From: an uncultured Candidatus Saccharibacteria bacterium
Lineage (GTDB): Bacteria; Patescibacteriota; Dojkabacteria; B142; OLB20
Assembly: GCA_964461915.1 (NCBI GenBank)
Contig: CAYWVD010000001.1
Coordinates: forward strand, 299,168 to 363,167
Length of the DNA: 64,000 nucleotides
Reading direction: 5' to 3'
Numbering within the stretch: the stretch's first letter is position 1; every line of letters begins with the position of its first letter. Positions 54,728 to 64,000 of this stretch are shown here, one piece after another. The position numbers were made by a program, and so were the translations under genes. The notes under the pieces are model-generated. The model was not told the DNA's origin. It searched no databases and saw nothing but the letters and a program-made list of their open reading frames with translations.

Positions 54728-57136
54728 ATGATCATGGATTTAAATCAATCAAAGTTTAAAAATTTAACGTCCCAGGAGGCGATTTTGAAGCAGTATCGTT
54801 ATGGCATTAACGATGTAGATAGATATTCTTTTAATTTTTTCAGGGTAATTTTTAATCAAATAAAATCACCTCTGTTTATATTGTATTCAATTTTTATCTT
54901 TGTTTCGCTAGTTACTGATAATATTCCAGAAGGCCTAGTTATCTTGGCGATCCTCAGCTTTAGTTCATTTATTAATTTATATCAACAGGTAAAGACTTTT
55001 CAAATTTTTAAAAGACTCAAGACCCGTAGGCCCAAGATGGTTAAGGTAATTAGGGGCAACAAACTTGTAGAAATACCTAATGTTGATCTAGTGCCGGGAG
55101 ATTTAATAGCATTATCCCAAAACGAACAAGTTCCGGCTGATTGCAAAATTCTTGAAGCAATAAATCTTAGTGTTGAAGAATCTAATATCTCCGGAGAATC
55201 TTTTCCCATTGTTAAAAGTGCTGTATATAAAAATATTAAATCTAAAAATACACCTTCACATCATATGTTATATTCCGGTTCATTTATTAAGAGCGGAGAA
55301 TGTTTAGCTAGAGTAACTGAAATTGGCAATAAAACCAGATATGGAAAAACTTATGATTTAAAATACAAAGAAGAGCATTTAGGTAATTTTGATAACTTTC
55401 TAAAAGATCTTCTGCAAAACTTCTTACTATTCGACTTTTTATTTTTGCTAATAATTATTTTATTACTTCTAATTTTCAATCCTGATCAGATTAATTCCGG
55501 ATTCCCAATAATGTTAGTATCAATTATTATTTCCGTAATACCAGAGGCTCTTCCCGCAACTACCGCCTTAGCTCTTATGAATGGCGCCTCAAAATTAAGT
55601 AAAAAAGGTTTATTTATTCAAAGCATCTCAAAACTTGAGGATCTGGCAAATATTGATCTAATTGTTTCGGATAAAACCGGCACACTAACATTAAACGAAA
55701 TGCAAGTAGAAGAAATTGATACACCTCTAAATTCTAAAGAATTTCATAGATTATTAGATCTTTCATCACGCAATAGCAAAGATCCGTTTGATATCGCAAT
55801 TACTAAATACCTCGAAAAAATTAGTTTTAAAGGTTTAGAAAGCATTCCAAATTATCAGGAAAATTATTTTGATCCTTTCATAAAGTTATCTTCAAGGGAC
55901 TTTAATGATTACGAAATTTCAAAAGGGGCTCCAGAGCTGATTCTTAAAGAACTTGATGAAGAAAAGACACTTAATTTAGCTTTAAAAATTCAAAACAGGA
56001 CAAAGACCGGCGAAAGAGCCTTATCTTTAATTATCAAGCAAAAGAAAACCACTAAATATATCGGAACAATCTTTTTTATGGATAAGATCAAGGATGACGC
56101 AAAAGAAACAATTTCAAAACTTTTTCAAAAGGGACTAGATATGAAAATAATAAGTGGAGACAATTTGAATATTTGCGCATTTGTCGGCAAGAATGTTGGT
56201 CTCATTGAATCAGAAGACGAGGTTATTGAAGCGCAATGCCTTCAATTTGATACGCCTACAATTTTAAAAGAACAACTTTCACAATATAAAGTAATCGCAA
56301 GAGCCGACCCTATTCAAAAATACAAGATTATCGAAAATCTTAAAACTTTCCATAAAGTCGCATATTTAGGAGATGGAGTTAATGATGTCCCTAGCATATC
56401 ATTGGCTGATATTGGGATAGTGGTAGAAAATGCCACCCCCCAAGTTAAAGAAAGGGCTGATATTATTTTCGCCACAAAACACCTTCATCCATTAATTGAT
56501 GGTATCGTTGAAAGTCGAAAAATTTATGAAAATATTCAACATTATTTAACTCATTCTTTAACTTCAAATCTGAACAATTTTGTTACGATCTCAGTCCTTT
56601 TATTATTCTTGCAATATTTGCCAATATTACCAATACAAATTTTAATTGGGAATTTATTAATTGATCTTGTGGCAGTTAAATTTATCTATGATCCGGTTAA
56701 GGCAAGCTCAATAAGAAAACCGTCCACCTTAAACTATAAAAATATTATTAGATTTTCTATCGTAATTGCCCTTGTAAATAGCCTGCTGGACTTCATATTC
56801 TTTTATATATTTAGAGATTTGGAAAGCCAGCATATTCAAACTATTTGGTTCTCCACGGCTTTTATTGTAGATATTTTGATTATGTTCACGATTAGATCTC
56901 CAAAGGTTTTTTACAAGAATCTTCCAAATTTCAGGTTTATCCTGAATATGTTATTGGCTATAATTATTTTAACTTTGATAGCATTAATTGGGATACCATT
57001 TATAAATATTCAACCAATAAGCCTAAATTTACTTCCCATATTATTAATTAGTCCTATTATCTATTTTATTTTTATTGAACTTGTTAAGATACTACTTAAT
57101 AAGTTTATTAAGACAACATATTATGAAAAAAATTAA
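54728..57136 (+). CDS. cation-transporting P-type ATPase
   Basis: 802 aa. SGES, phosphorylation site DKTGTLT, hinge GDGVNDVPS, about 10 TM segments. Confidence 0.85.
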   Translation: MIMDLNQSKFKNLTSQEAILKQYRYGINDVDRYSFNFFRVIFNQIKSPLFILYSIFIFVSLVTDNIPEGLVILAILSFSSFINLYQQVKTFQIFKRLKTRRPKMVKVIRGNKLVEIPNVDLVPGDLIALSQNEQVPADCKILEAINLSVEESNISGESFPIVKSAVYKNIKSKNTPSHHMLYSGSFIKSGECLARVTEIGNKTRYGKTYDLKYKEEHLGNFDNFLKDLLQNFLLFDFLFLLIIILLLLIFNPDQINSGFPIMLVSIIISVIPEALPATTALALMNGASKLSKKGLFIQSISKLEDLANIDLIVSDKTGTLTLNEMQVEEIDTPLNSKEFHRLLDLSSRNSKDPFDIAITKYLEKISFKGLESIPNYQENYFDPFIKLSSRDFNDYEISKGAPELILKELDEEKTLNLALKIQNRTKTGERALSLIIKQKKTTKYIGTIFFMDKIKDDAKETISKLFQKGLDMKIISGDNLNICAFVGKNVGLIESEDEVIEAQCLQFDTPTILKEQLSQYKVIARADPIQKYKIIENLKTFHKVAYLGDGVNDVPSISLADIGIVVENATPQVKERADIIFATKHLHPLIDGIVESRKIYENIQHYLTHSLTSNLNNFVTISVLLLFLQYLPILPIQILIGNLLIDLVAVKFIYDPVKASSIRKPSTLNYKNIIRFSIVIALVNSLLDFIFFYIFRDLESQHIQTIWFSTAFIVDILIMFTIRSPKVFYKNLPNFRFILNMLLAIIILTLIALIGIPFINIQPISLNLLPILLISPIIYFIFIELVKILLNKFIKTTYYEKN

Positions 57137-58013
57137 AGGAATAATTGCCCTTAGTAGAATATTTGAAGTGTTTGATTTTACATTAGCATTGTCGCTTTTG
57201 GGCATTATACTTTCAGGCGGATGGATAGGCACGCGAATGATTGCAATTATTTTCGCAAACTTTTTAGCAATGACCTATGCTTTTATGATAAATGATGTTG
57301 AAGATGCCCCCGAAGACGCTGAAAATCCTAGAAAGAAGAAAAGAAACCCCATTTGCAATGGAAGTTTGACACGAAGCGAAGGTTTAGTAGTTTCGAATGT
57401 GACTATGCTATTAAGCTTTTTATTGTACCTTCTTATTGCCGTTAAGACCGGATTGACTTTGGTTTTGGTCATCGGAATAATAACCTTGTTAGTTTCATTC
57501 TTATATTCTTGGAGAAAAGTAAGACTTAAAGCCATTCCTATTGTCGATGTAATAACACATATGTTCATGCTTTCGGGCTTTATTTATTTGACCTCTTACT
57601 ATTCTTACTCAGCCAATATGACTACTTTACCGCTAATTGCTTTTATATCCATAATTTCAATTTCGGCTTATGGACAACTAGATAATGAAGTCCGAGATTT
57701 TGAAACTGATAAAAAAACATCAATTAAAACATTAGCGACAATTATTGGTAAGAAACCAGCCCAGATTTTACAATTCCTTTTTATGGCTACAGCAGTAGTA
57801 CTCTTTATTTATATTATTATGGCTTTGAAAGAGCCGGTTGGCCTAGTAATTAAATTCTTAATTTCTTTTACCTTAGCCTTTATTGTTCCATTTGTTTTAT
57901 ATTTGAAAAAAGATAAAAGAATAGAGATAAAGCCATGGTTACAAAGGTCTTTGGTTTATGCTGCAATAATAACTCTGGTTTGGACTTTTTTAACAGATAG
58001 ATTTATTTATTAA
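57123..58013 (+). CDS. UbiA-family prenyltransferase
   Basis: Polytopic membrane protein with NDVEDAPEDAEN (NDxxDxxxD) motif. Start taken at the ATG at 57123 (MKKIKGIIALSR), which overlaps the ATPase stop by 14 nt. The ORF track starts earlier at 57075. Confidence 0.7.
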   Translation: MKKIKGIIALSRIFEVFDFTLALSLLGIILSGGWIGTRMIAIIFANFLAMTYAFMINDVEDAPEDAENPRKKKRNPICNGSLTRSEGLVVSNVTMLLSFLLYLLIAVKTGLTLVLVIGIITLLVSFLYSWRKVRLKAIPIVDVITHMFMLSGFIYLTSYYSYSANMTTLPLIAFISIISISAYGQLDNEVRDFETDKKTSIKTLATIIGKKPAQILQFLFMATAVVLFIYIIMALKEPVGLVIKFLISFTLAFIVPFVLYLKKDKRIEIKPWLQRSLVYAAIITLVWTFLTDRFIY

Positions 58014-58017
58014 TAAA

Positions 58018-58752
58018 TTGAAGGATAAATATTTTGGTCAAATTTCAGTTTTTATAGTGATTGTAATAATTGCTATATTTTCTTTTTCATATAAATACTC
58101 ATTAGAGAAATTTGTTCCGGCCCCCAACGTTAATGCAGTATATACAGTAAACGAAAGGACTTCACCAGTCCCATCTAATTCTGTTTCAGTAAAAAACATC
58201 TCCAGTGCAGAAGGCTTTTTTACTATTGAAAAAACTGTCAACGAAAAACATTCGGGGGCAAAAGTTCTATCTTGTAAAGGTAGTCAACTTTTTCCAATTA
58301 CGGAATCTAGAGCACAAGAACTCCCTTCTGAAAGTTCCGGGAGTCTTCCATATTGGAATTGTGTCTATTATTCATCAGAGCCTACAATGGACTTTGTTGC
58401 TGAATGGTCACAAGGCAATACGATGCTTCAAACTGCACATCAAATTTGGTATCCAGAAGAAAGTTCAATTGATTACGCAAATAGGAACTTTTATTCACCA
58501 TTAGAATATATTGATTCTGAGTTCTTGTATTCACAAATAATATTGTCGGGATTTTCTCCTGAAACAGAGTATTATGAATTATATATTGGGGATTTTGAAT
58601 TATCTGAAAAATATAAAGACAAAAAAATTTGGTTGGTAAACATTTTTAGCAAGAATGATTTTGGCAAAAAAGAAGATGGGTCATATTCCGGGACCCTTCT
58701 AAGAAAAGCTATATACGATGGAGAAACTGGTAAATTAATTGATTTTTTATAA
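58018..58752 (+). CDS. hypothetical membrane-anchored extracytoplasmic protein
   Basis: 244 aa. N-terminal TM VFIVIVIIAIFSF. No recognisable motifs. Confidence 0.3.
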   Translation: MKDKYFGQISVFIVIVIIAIFSFSYKYSLEKFVPAPNVNAVYTVNERTSPVPSNSVSVKNISSAEGFFTIEKTVNEKHSGAKVLSCKGSQLFPITESRAQELPSESSGSLPYWNCVYYSSEPTMDFVAEWSQGNTMLQTAHQIWYPEESSIDYANRNFYSPLEYIDSEFLYSQIILSGFSPETEYYELYIGDFELSEKYKDKKIWLVNIFSKNDFGKKEDGSYSGTLLRKAIYDGETGKLIDFL

Positions 58753-58774
58753 TTAAATTTTTATATGCCCAAAA

Positions 58775-60916
58775 ATGAATGACGATTTGTCAAGAGTGTT
58801 TAATCCGCAATCTATTGCTATAGTAGGTGTCTCAAATGATCCCAGAAAGCTTTCATCGATTTTTTTTACAAATCTAATCGATGATGGGTTTAAAGGTAAA
58901 ATATATCCTGTAAATCCTAAATATACGGAACTATATGGTTATAAATGCTATGCAAAAGTATCTGATATTCCTGATGCTGTCGATCAAGTAGCTGTATTAA
59001 TTCCATCCGATTTTGTTTTGGATGTTGTAAAAGATTGCGCAGCAAAAAAAGTAAATAATATAATCATTATTTCTGCAGGATTCGGAGAAACAAGTCCTGA
59101 AGGCAAACAATTGGAAAAAGACATAGTAAGAATAGCTAACGAAGCCGGGATTAGAGTTTTGGGTCCTAACATAATTGGAGTCGTAAACACTCATATAAAA
59201 ATGAATTCTTCCTGGATGCAACTATTCCCTAAAGAGGGGAATATTGCATTTCTCTCTCAATCAGGTGCATTTTGCACTGCTATTCTTGATACATCTCTAA
59301 AAAGAAATTTAGGCTTTTATAATTTTTGTTCAGTAGGAAACAAGGCCGATATTGATGAACTAGATTTAATATCACATTGGTACAAAGATAGCGAAGCATC
59401 TATTATCGGAGCTTATTTGGAAGAAATCTCGCATGGGTATGAATTAATGAAATTCTTAAATACAAGTGACAAAATTAAGCCCGTAATACTTCTAAAACCA
59501 GGAAAATCGCAAGAAGCGGTGAAAGCTATTGCATCACATACAGGTTCCTTGGCCGGCGCCTCTGAGACGATTACTGCGGCAATTAATCAGTGCAATATAA
59601 TTTCTGCAGATAGCAGTAATGAACTCATTGACAATTTAATGACTTTTTCGTGGAGTAACAATGTAAAAGGGAATAGGGTAGCAGTTATTACGAATGCCGG
59701 AGGACCTGGAATCATGGCTACTGACGCCGTAATCGAAAATCGTTTGGAAATCGCTAAATTGACTGAAGAAACAATTGCCGAACTAAAGAAGGTACTTCCC
59801 GAGGCATCAAATACACATAATCCTATTGATGTTTTGGGTGATGCCTCGGCAGATAGGTATCAACATGCAGCAGATATTGTCCTTAAAGATCCAAATGTAG
59901 ATGTGGTTTTATTCATCCTTACTCCTCAATACATCACTGAAATCGAAGATACTGCAAAAACAATTATTCGTACTAAACGATTTAGCGAAAAACCCTTGTT
60001 TGCAGTTTTTCTTGGTCAAAAATATGTTGATATTGGAATAGAACGATTGTGCGATGCTCATGTACCCGCCTTTAACAGTATAGATTCTGCTGCAAGATCT
60101 ATTGCAGATCTTTATGTCTACAGTAAATTCCTTGCAGAAAAAAATCTTGATACAAATAAATCGCTTTATTCTGAATTTGAATCTAACCTATTTAAAGGGT
60201 CATTCAAAGATGAATTAGAATCAAAACTAGTAGAAAATGAAGTCGTCAGACTTTCAGACGATCTTACAGAAAGGATTTCAAAAGAGGCAGGCTTCGATCT
60301 TCCAAAACAAAAGCTTTGCTTAAATATTGATGAAGCAAAGGCCTTCGCTCAGGGGATTTACCCCATAGTAATCAAGATCCCGAATGAATTTCTAGCCCAC
60401 AAGACAGAGGAAAAGGCTATTATCGTCAATATTGAGTCTCAACAAGAACTTGAAACCGCTTTTAATGAACTCAATGCAACTTTAAATAGGCTAAATTTAT
60501 CCGGAAAGCCCTTGTTAATTCAAGAAATGATTCATGCTGAACAAGAACTTTTTATTGGCGCTAATAGAGATGGTTCAATGAATGTATATTCCAGCGGACA
60601 AACAGGCTTCGGTCATCTCCTTGTTTATGGACAGGGTGGTATATATACCGAAATCTATAAAGACTTAGCACATACTCTAATTCCTGCCACTCGAGAACAA
60701 ATAATAAAAGATTTTGATACAACAAAACTTTCGAAAATTGTAAGTGGAGCCAGAGGGAAAACACCTCTTCCAATAGAAAAAATCATTGATTCAATTCAAG
60801 CTACTCAAAAAATGCTGAATCTATACCCACAGATCATTTCTTTAGATATCAATCCATTATTGATTACGACCGATCGTGTGGTGGCAGTAGATATAAAGGT
60901 TTATGTTAAGGCATAG
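58775..60916 (+). CDS. acetyl-CoA synthetase (ADP-forming), fused alpha/beta subunits
   Basis: 713 aa. CoA-binding N-terminus SIAIVGVSNDPRKLSSIF, succinyl-CoA-synthetase-like ligase domain, C-terminal ATP-grasp domain. Confidence 0.8.
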   Translation: MNDDLSRVFNPQSIAIVGVSNDPRKLSSIFFTNLIDDGFKGKIYPVNPKYTELYGYKCYAKVSDIPDAVDQVAVLIPSDFVLDVVKDCAAKKVNNIIIISAGFGETSPEGKQLEKDIVRIANEAGIRVLGPNIIGVVNTHIKMNSSWMQLFPKEGNIAFLSQSGAFCTAILDTSLKRNLGFYNFCSVGNKADIDELDLISHWYKDSEASIIGAYLEEISHGYELMKFLNTSDKIKPVILLKPGKSQEAVKAIASHTGSLAGASETITAAINQCNIISADSSNELIDNLMTFSWSNNVKGNRVAVITNAGGPGIMATDAVIENRLEIAKLTEETIAELKKVLPEASNTHNPIDVLGDASADRYQHAADIVLKDPNVDVVLFILTPQYITEIEDTAKTIIRTKRFSEKPLFAVFLGQKYVDIGIERLCDAHVPAFNSIDSAARSIADLYVYSKFLAEKNLDTNKSLYSEFESNLFKGSFKDELESKLVENEVVRLSDDLTERISKEAGFDLPKQKLCLNIDEAKAFAQGIYPIVIKIPNEFLAHKTEEKAIIVNIESQQELETAFNELNATLNRLNLSGKPLLIQEMIHAEQELFIGANRDGSMNVYSSGQTGFGHLLVYGQGGIYTEIYKDLAHTLIPATREQIIKDFDTTKLSKIVSGARGKTPLPIEKIIDSIQATQKMLNLYPQIISLDINPLLITTDRVVAVDIKVYVKA

Positions 60917-60932
60917 TAACTTTTTTAGATAT

Positions 60933-60968
60933 AAAAAAACCGGAATAAATATTCCGGTTTTTTGTTTT
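60933..60968. terminator. bidirectional intrinsic terminator
   Basis: AAAAACCGGAAT-AAAT-ATTCCGGTTTTTTG hairpin flanked by A and T runs between convergent genes. Confidence 0.6.
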
Positions 60969-60988
60969 TAAATACTTAAGAATCCTTT

Positions 60989-61888
60989 TTATAGATCACT
61001 TTCTTCAATTTGATCGTAAACTATTCCAGAATTTTCAAAAGTTAATTTAACTGCATCTTTTTTAAATTCAACTTTTCTCAAAACTGTTTGAGGTTCTTCG
61101 GTAGTATCCTCAGTTGTATCGGTTGTATCTGAAGTTGCTCCAGACAATCCATCCTGAATGCTTTGTGTAAGTTCCTTTTTAAGTTCTGGAGTAAAAAACG
61201 AATTCAATATTGGGTCTAGGGCTGAATTTCCAAGAGATAATTGATCAAAAACCAAGTTTCCTTCGGAATCATTACTAAGTTGTAAAGTTATATAGACACC
61301 TTTAACATCCTCTGGTTTGAGATTTACTTGTTCGCTAACTGTTGGATCAGATTTCATTGCCTCAACTAAAAGACTCATCTCAATTTCAATTTTACCAACA
61401 TTTTCTTCGAAATCTATACCGATACTTCCAGACTTATCCTGAGCTTGAAGCCCCTCAATCATTGATGCAAGGAATTGTTCTTCAGTATATGTAAAAGCCA
61501 TCATTTTACCCTCTGCATCTAATATCTCAGGAAGATTATCTAAAGCAGCTTTATTTAAAGCTGGAATTTCATCAGCAGTTATTCTCGTTAAAGTAGAATC
61601 TTGACCTTTACTGCTACTGGCAATTACTTGAGCAATAATAGATGGCGCAACAACTCCTAGTATTACAGTGACACAGCAACATAATAAAAGAATAACGCAT
61701 CCTGCGATGCATCCTTTTCCAAAGCAACCTAATCCGCCTTTTTTCTCAACTACTACCGTATTGTTTTGAACTTGAGTAGCTTCGACTTTTTCGGTGGCTA
61801 ATACTGGGGCTGGCTCTTTTGTGAGCTCTGAGCCTTTTTCCATTTTTATTTCGGGAGCTTGGGAGTTTGAATCTTTATTTGATTCCAT
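60989..61888 (-). CDS. hypothetical single-pass membrane protein with acidic termini
   Basis: 299 aa. Cys-rich TM (GCIAGCVILLLCCCVTVILGVV). Acidic, Thr/Asp/Glu-rich C-terminus. Confidence 0.3.
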   Translation of the reverse strand: MESNKDSNSQAPEIKMEKGSELTKEPAPVLATEKVEATQVQNNTVVVEKKGGLGCFGKGCIAGCVILLLCCCVTVILGVVAPSIIAQVIASSSKGQDSTLTRITADEIPALNKAALDNLPEILDAEGKMMAFTYTEEQFLASMIEGLQAQDKSGSIGIDFEENVGKIEIEMSLLVEAMKSDPTVSEQVNLKPEDVKGVYITLQLSNDSEGNLVFDQLSLGNSALDPILNSFFTPELKKELTQSIQDGLSGATSDTTDTTEDTTEEPQTVLRKVEFKKDAVKLTFENSGIVYDQIEESDL

Positions 61889-62010
61889 CTCATTTAATAA
61901 TTTAAAAATTTATATACTAAACAATAATACATTGTTCCTAAAAGTTCAATTTCTCAAGATTTTGTAAAAAATTACTTCAAATAAAAATACAATTATTCTA
62001 TATTTAAGTT

Positions 62011-63699
62011 ATGGAACTTTTATCTGAACTCATCTTTTTAATAATCTCCGCAGTTATCGTTGGAATTATTTTCAAAAAGCTTAAAATGCCGATTATTATT
62101 GGCTATATAGTTGCTGGAGCTTTGCTTACAAATATTATTCAGCTAAATAATGAGCAGACTCAAAATATAAATCTCTTAGCAGATATTGGAATAACACTAT
62201 TAATGTTTACTTTGGGTATTGAATTTTCATTAGACAAATTATTAAGCGTAAAAAAGTTCGCAATAGGCGGGGGTATCCTACAAATCCTATTAACAATTCT
62301 ATTTGGTTATTTAGTTTTTCCTATTTTTGGCTTCTCTTTGTATGAATCATTTTTTCTAGGGTCCGTAATGAGTTTTAGTTCAACTGCAATAGTTGTTAAG
62401 ATACTCGAAGAAAAAGACCTTCTAAACGAATACAGTAGCGAAATCACAATAGGGTGGCTCGTATTGCAAGACATTGCCGTTGTATTTTTAATTATTTTAT
62501 TATCTGGGCTTGCACCTACTAATGCATCCGGTTTAAATATCATTGATTCGTTATTAAGAAGCTTCATTCTTATTGCAGGGAGCTTGTTTATTGGTAGAAA
62601 ACTTTTACCAAAAATTCTTACAACAATTTCAAAAGTAGGAGGTAAAGAACTCGTTCTAATTTCCGCTTTCGGATTTAGTCTTTTATTTGCATTCTTAGCT
62701 ACAAAATTAGGGGTTTCATCAACTTTAGGGGCATTTTTAGCTGGACTAATGATATCAGAGTCAGTTCTTCATCAAGAAATCATAACCGAAATCAATCCTT
62801 TGCAATCGATTTTTAGTTTAATATTTTTTGTATCACTTGGATCGCTTTTTTCAATCGCTGGATTCTTCCACGACTTTTTCTTAATTATTTCTGTTTTATT
62901 ACTTGTCGTAATCGTAAAGATAATAATTGTTCTTGCCTTGAATCTAATTTTAAAACTACATTTTAAAACAGCTTTTATTATCGCACTGAACCTAGCACAA
63001 GTTGGAGAATTCGCCTTTTTAATGGCTCAAATTGGATTAAGAAATTCTTGGATATACTCAGATGTATCAAATTTAATATCTGCTGTCACCCTTATAAGTA
63101 TGGTTATATCGCCGATATTGATATTAAATTCTGATAAAATTATTAATTTCGTCTCGAATATAATAAAAAAATATAACGGATTTCTATATAGAAAGCTCTT
63201 TTTGAGTCATGAAGTAAAATCTCAATCGGCAAAACCTTTGCAAAATCACATAATAGTATGCGGATACGGAAGAGTAGGGCGATATGTAGCAATGGCTATT
63301 AGGAAGATGAGGAAAAAGTATATCGTTATTGAAATGAACAAATTAGATGATCTTGAAGATTTTCAAGAAAATGTCCATTACATTGTTGGAGATTCCACAA
63401 ATATTGATATATTAAAGAAAGCAGGCCTCGAAAGAGCTAAAGTCTTAATCATTACTCTTCCAAAAGAAATTGATACCGGAGAAATTATTAGATTAGCCAA
63501 GGGATTAAACCCCGAGATAGAAATAATTGTCCGCCAACATCATTCTTCTAAAGAAATTGATGAAAGCGAAACATTCGCCGTTATTGAACCGGAATTCGAA
63601 GCCACAGTAAAAATGATTGAAAAACTTTTATACCTAATCAAAGATAAGGACAAGAGCATCATTACATGGATTCGGAAGCAAAAGCGGTCGTTGCAATAA
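62011..63699 (+). CDS. CPA2 (Kef-type) monovalent cation/H+ antiporter with C-terminal RCK/TrkA-N domain
   Basis: 562 aa. About 12 TM, then Rossmann motif IIVCGYGRVGRYVA. Confidence 0.8.
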   Translation: MELLSELIFLIISAVIVGIIFKKLKMPIIIGYIVAGALLTNIIQLNNEQTQNINLLADIGITLLMFTLGIEFSLDKLLSVKKFAIGGGILQILLTILFGYLVFPIFGFSLYESFFLGSVMSFSSTAIVVKILEEKDLLNEYSSEITIGWLVLQDIAVVFLIILLSGLAPTNASGLNIIDSLLRSFILIAGSLFIGRKLLPKILTTISKVGGKELVLISAFGFSLLFAFLATKLGVSSTLGAFLAGLMISESVLHQEIITEINPLQSIFSLIFFVSLGSLFSIAGFFHDFFLIISVLLLVVIVKIIIVLALNLILKLHFKTAFIIALNLAQVGEFAFLMAQIGLRNSWIYSDVSNLISAVTLISMVISPILILNSDKIINFVSNIIKKYNGFLYRKLFLSHEVKSQSAKPLQNHIIVCGYGRVGRYVAMAIRKMRKKYIVIEMNKLDDLEDFQENVHYIVGDSTNIDILKKAGLERAKVLIITLPKEIDTGEIIRLAKGLNPEIEIIVRQHHSSKEIDESETFAVIEPEFEATVKMIEKLLYLIKDKDKSIITWIRKQKRSLQ

Positions 63700-63746
63700 A
63701 CTGATTAAATTATATAATGTAGTTTATGTTAAAAATTTTAAAAAAA

Positions 63747-64000
63747 TGAATGCAATCTTAAAAACTGATGGTGGCTCAAGAGGGAATCCAGGGGAAGGCG
63801 CAAGCGGAGCTGTTTTATTCAATGAAGAAGGAATAGTTATTGATATTGCGGGGCTGTACCTTCATAACACAACTAATAACAACGCTGAATACCAAGCCTT
63901 AGTAATAGGTTTGAAAATGGCAAAAAAGAACAAGGTCGAGAATTTGGAATGCTTTTTAGATAGCGAACTTATAGTTAAACAAATGAACGGAATCTATAAA
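63747..64000 (+). CDS. RNase H-like protein (N-terminal part; continues beyond the window)
   Basis: MNAILKTDGGSRGNPGEGASGAVL...NNAEYQAL... matches the DGG(S/A)RGNPG...E RNase HI catalytic motifs. Confidence 0.55.

Noticed and set aside
57075-57122. Upstream extension of the UbiA ORF (track start 57075) overlapping 60 nt of the P-type ATPase gene
   Set aside because: The extension translates to a non-conserved hydrophobic stretch in the ATPase's last TM region. The ATG at 57123 preceded by the ATPase stop is the more plausible start.
1-64000. CRISPR arrays, integrase or transposase genes, toxin-antitoxin or restriction-modification genes
   Set aside because: No regularly spaced direct repeats with unique spacers were seen. 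No tyrosine or serine recombinase, transposase DDE, nuclease-helicase or methyltransferase signatures were found in any ORF. The only mobile-element signature is the tRNA-Glu att-like repeat.
1-64000. Alternative genetic code (UGA as Gly, code 25) as seen in some candidate phyla
   Set aside because: Long uninterrupted ORFs for all housekeeping genes are obtained with the standard code, and TGA is used as a stop (e.g. the end of the pilus ATPase gene), so there is no recoding evidence.

Overview
This is a low-GC (about 30% by eye) bacterial window, densely packed with genes in standard code (no sign of UGA recoding). It contains roughly 55 protein genes and two tRNAs. The gene content is consistent with a small-genome, fermentative, possibly CPR/Patescibacteria-like organism with a Gram-positive-style type IV pilus. 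That content is: a glycolytic core (gpmI, pyk, eno), ADP-forming acetyl-CoA synthetase, archaeal-type glucan enzymes, gatCAB, mevalonate-pathway genes and a UbiA prenyltransferase. Housekeeping genes include metK, ssb, proS, clpC, rnj, pcm, greA and xth.

Features worth a second look:
1. A translationally coupled block running from a sensor-less histidine kinase and CheY-like regulator through PilB, PilC and four pilin-like genes straight into mvk, mvd and a guanylate-kinase-like P-loop kinase. PilC carries a C-terminal SH3b domain. One 474-aa pilin is fused to an LVIVD-type beta-propeller.
2. A clear SAM-I riboswitch upstream of metK on the minus strand.
3. A compact cobalamin-like riboswitch candidate with an intrinsic terminator, upstream of a DUF4430-like gene plus a small 6-TM protein (possible B12 uptake pair).
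4. tRNA-Glu followed 183 bp downstream by a perfect 19-bp direct repeat of its 3' end (att-like scar). Next to it sits a compositionally distinct, higher-GC islet. The islet carries a 5'-disrupted thymidylate-kinase-like gene whose 5' end holds four perfect copies of an 11-bp AGGAGG-containing tandem repeat (possible phase-variable or decaying locus), and a lipoprotein.
5. A 1222-aa secreted protein with a central M23 peptidase domain, a Gly/Asp-rich linker and a cysteine-rich C-terminal domain, with a small membrane partner.

No CRISPR array, integrase, transposase or recognisable defence genes were seen.
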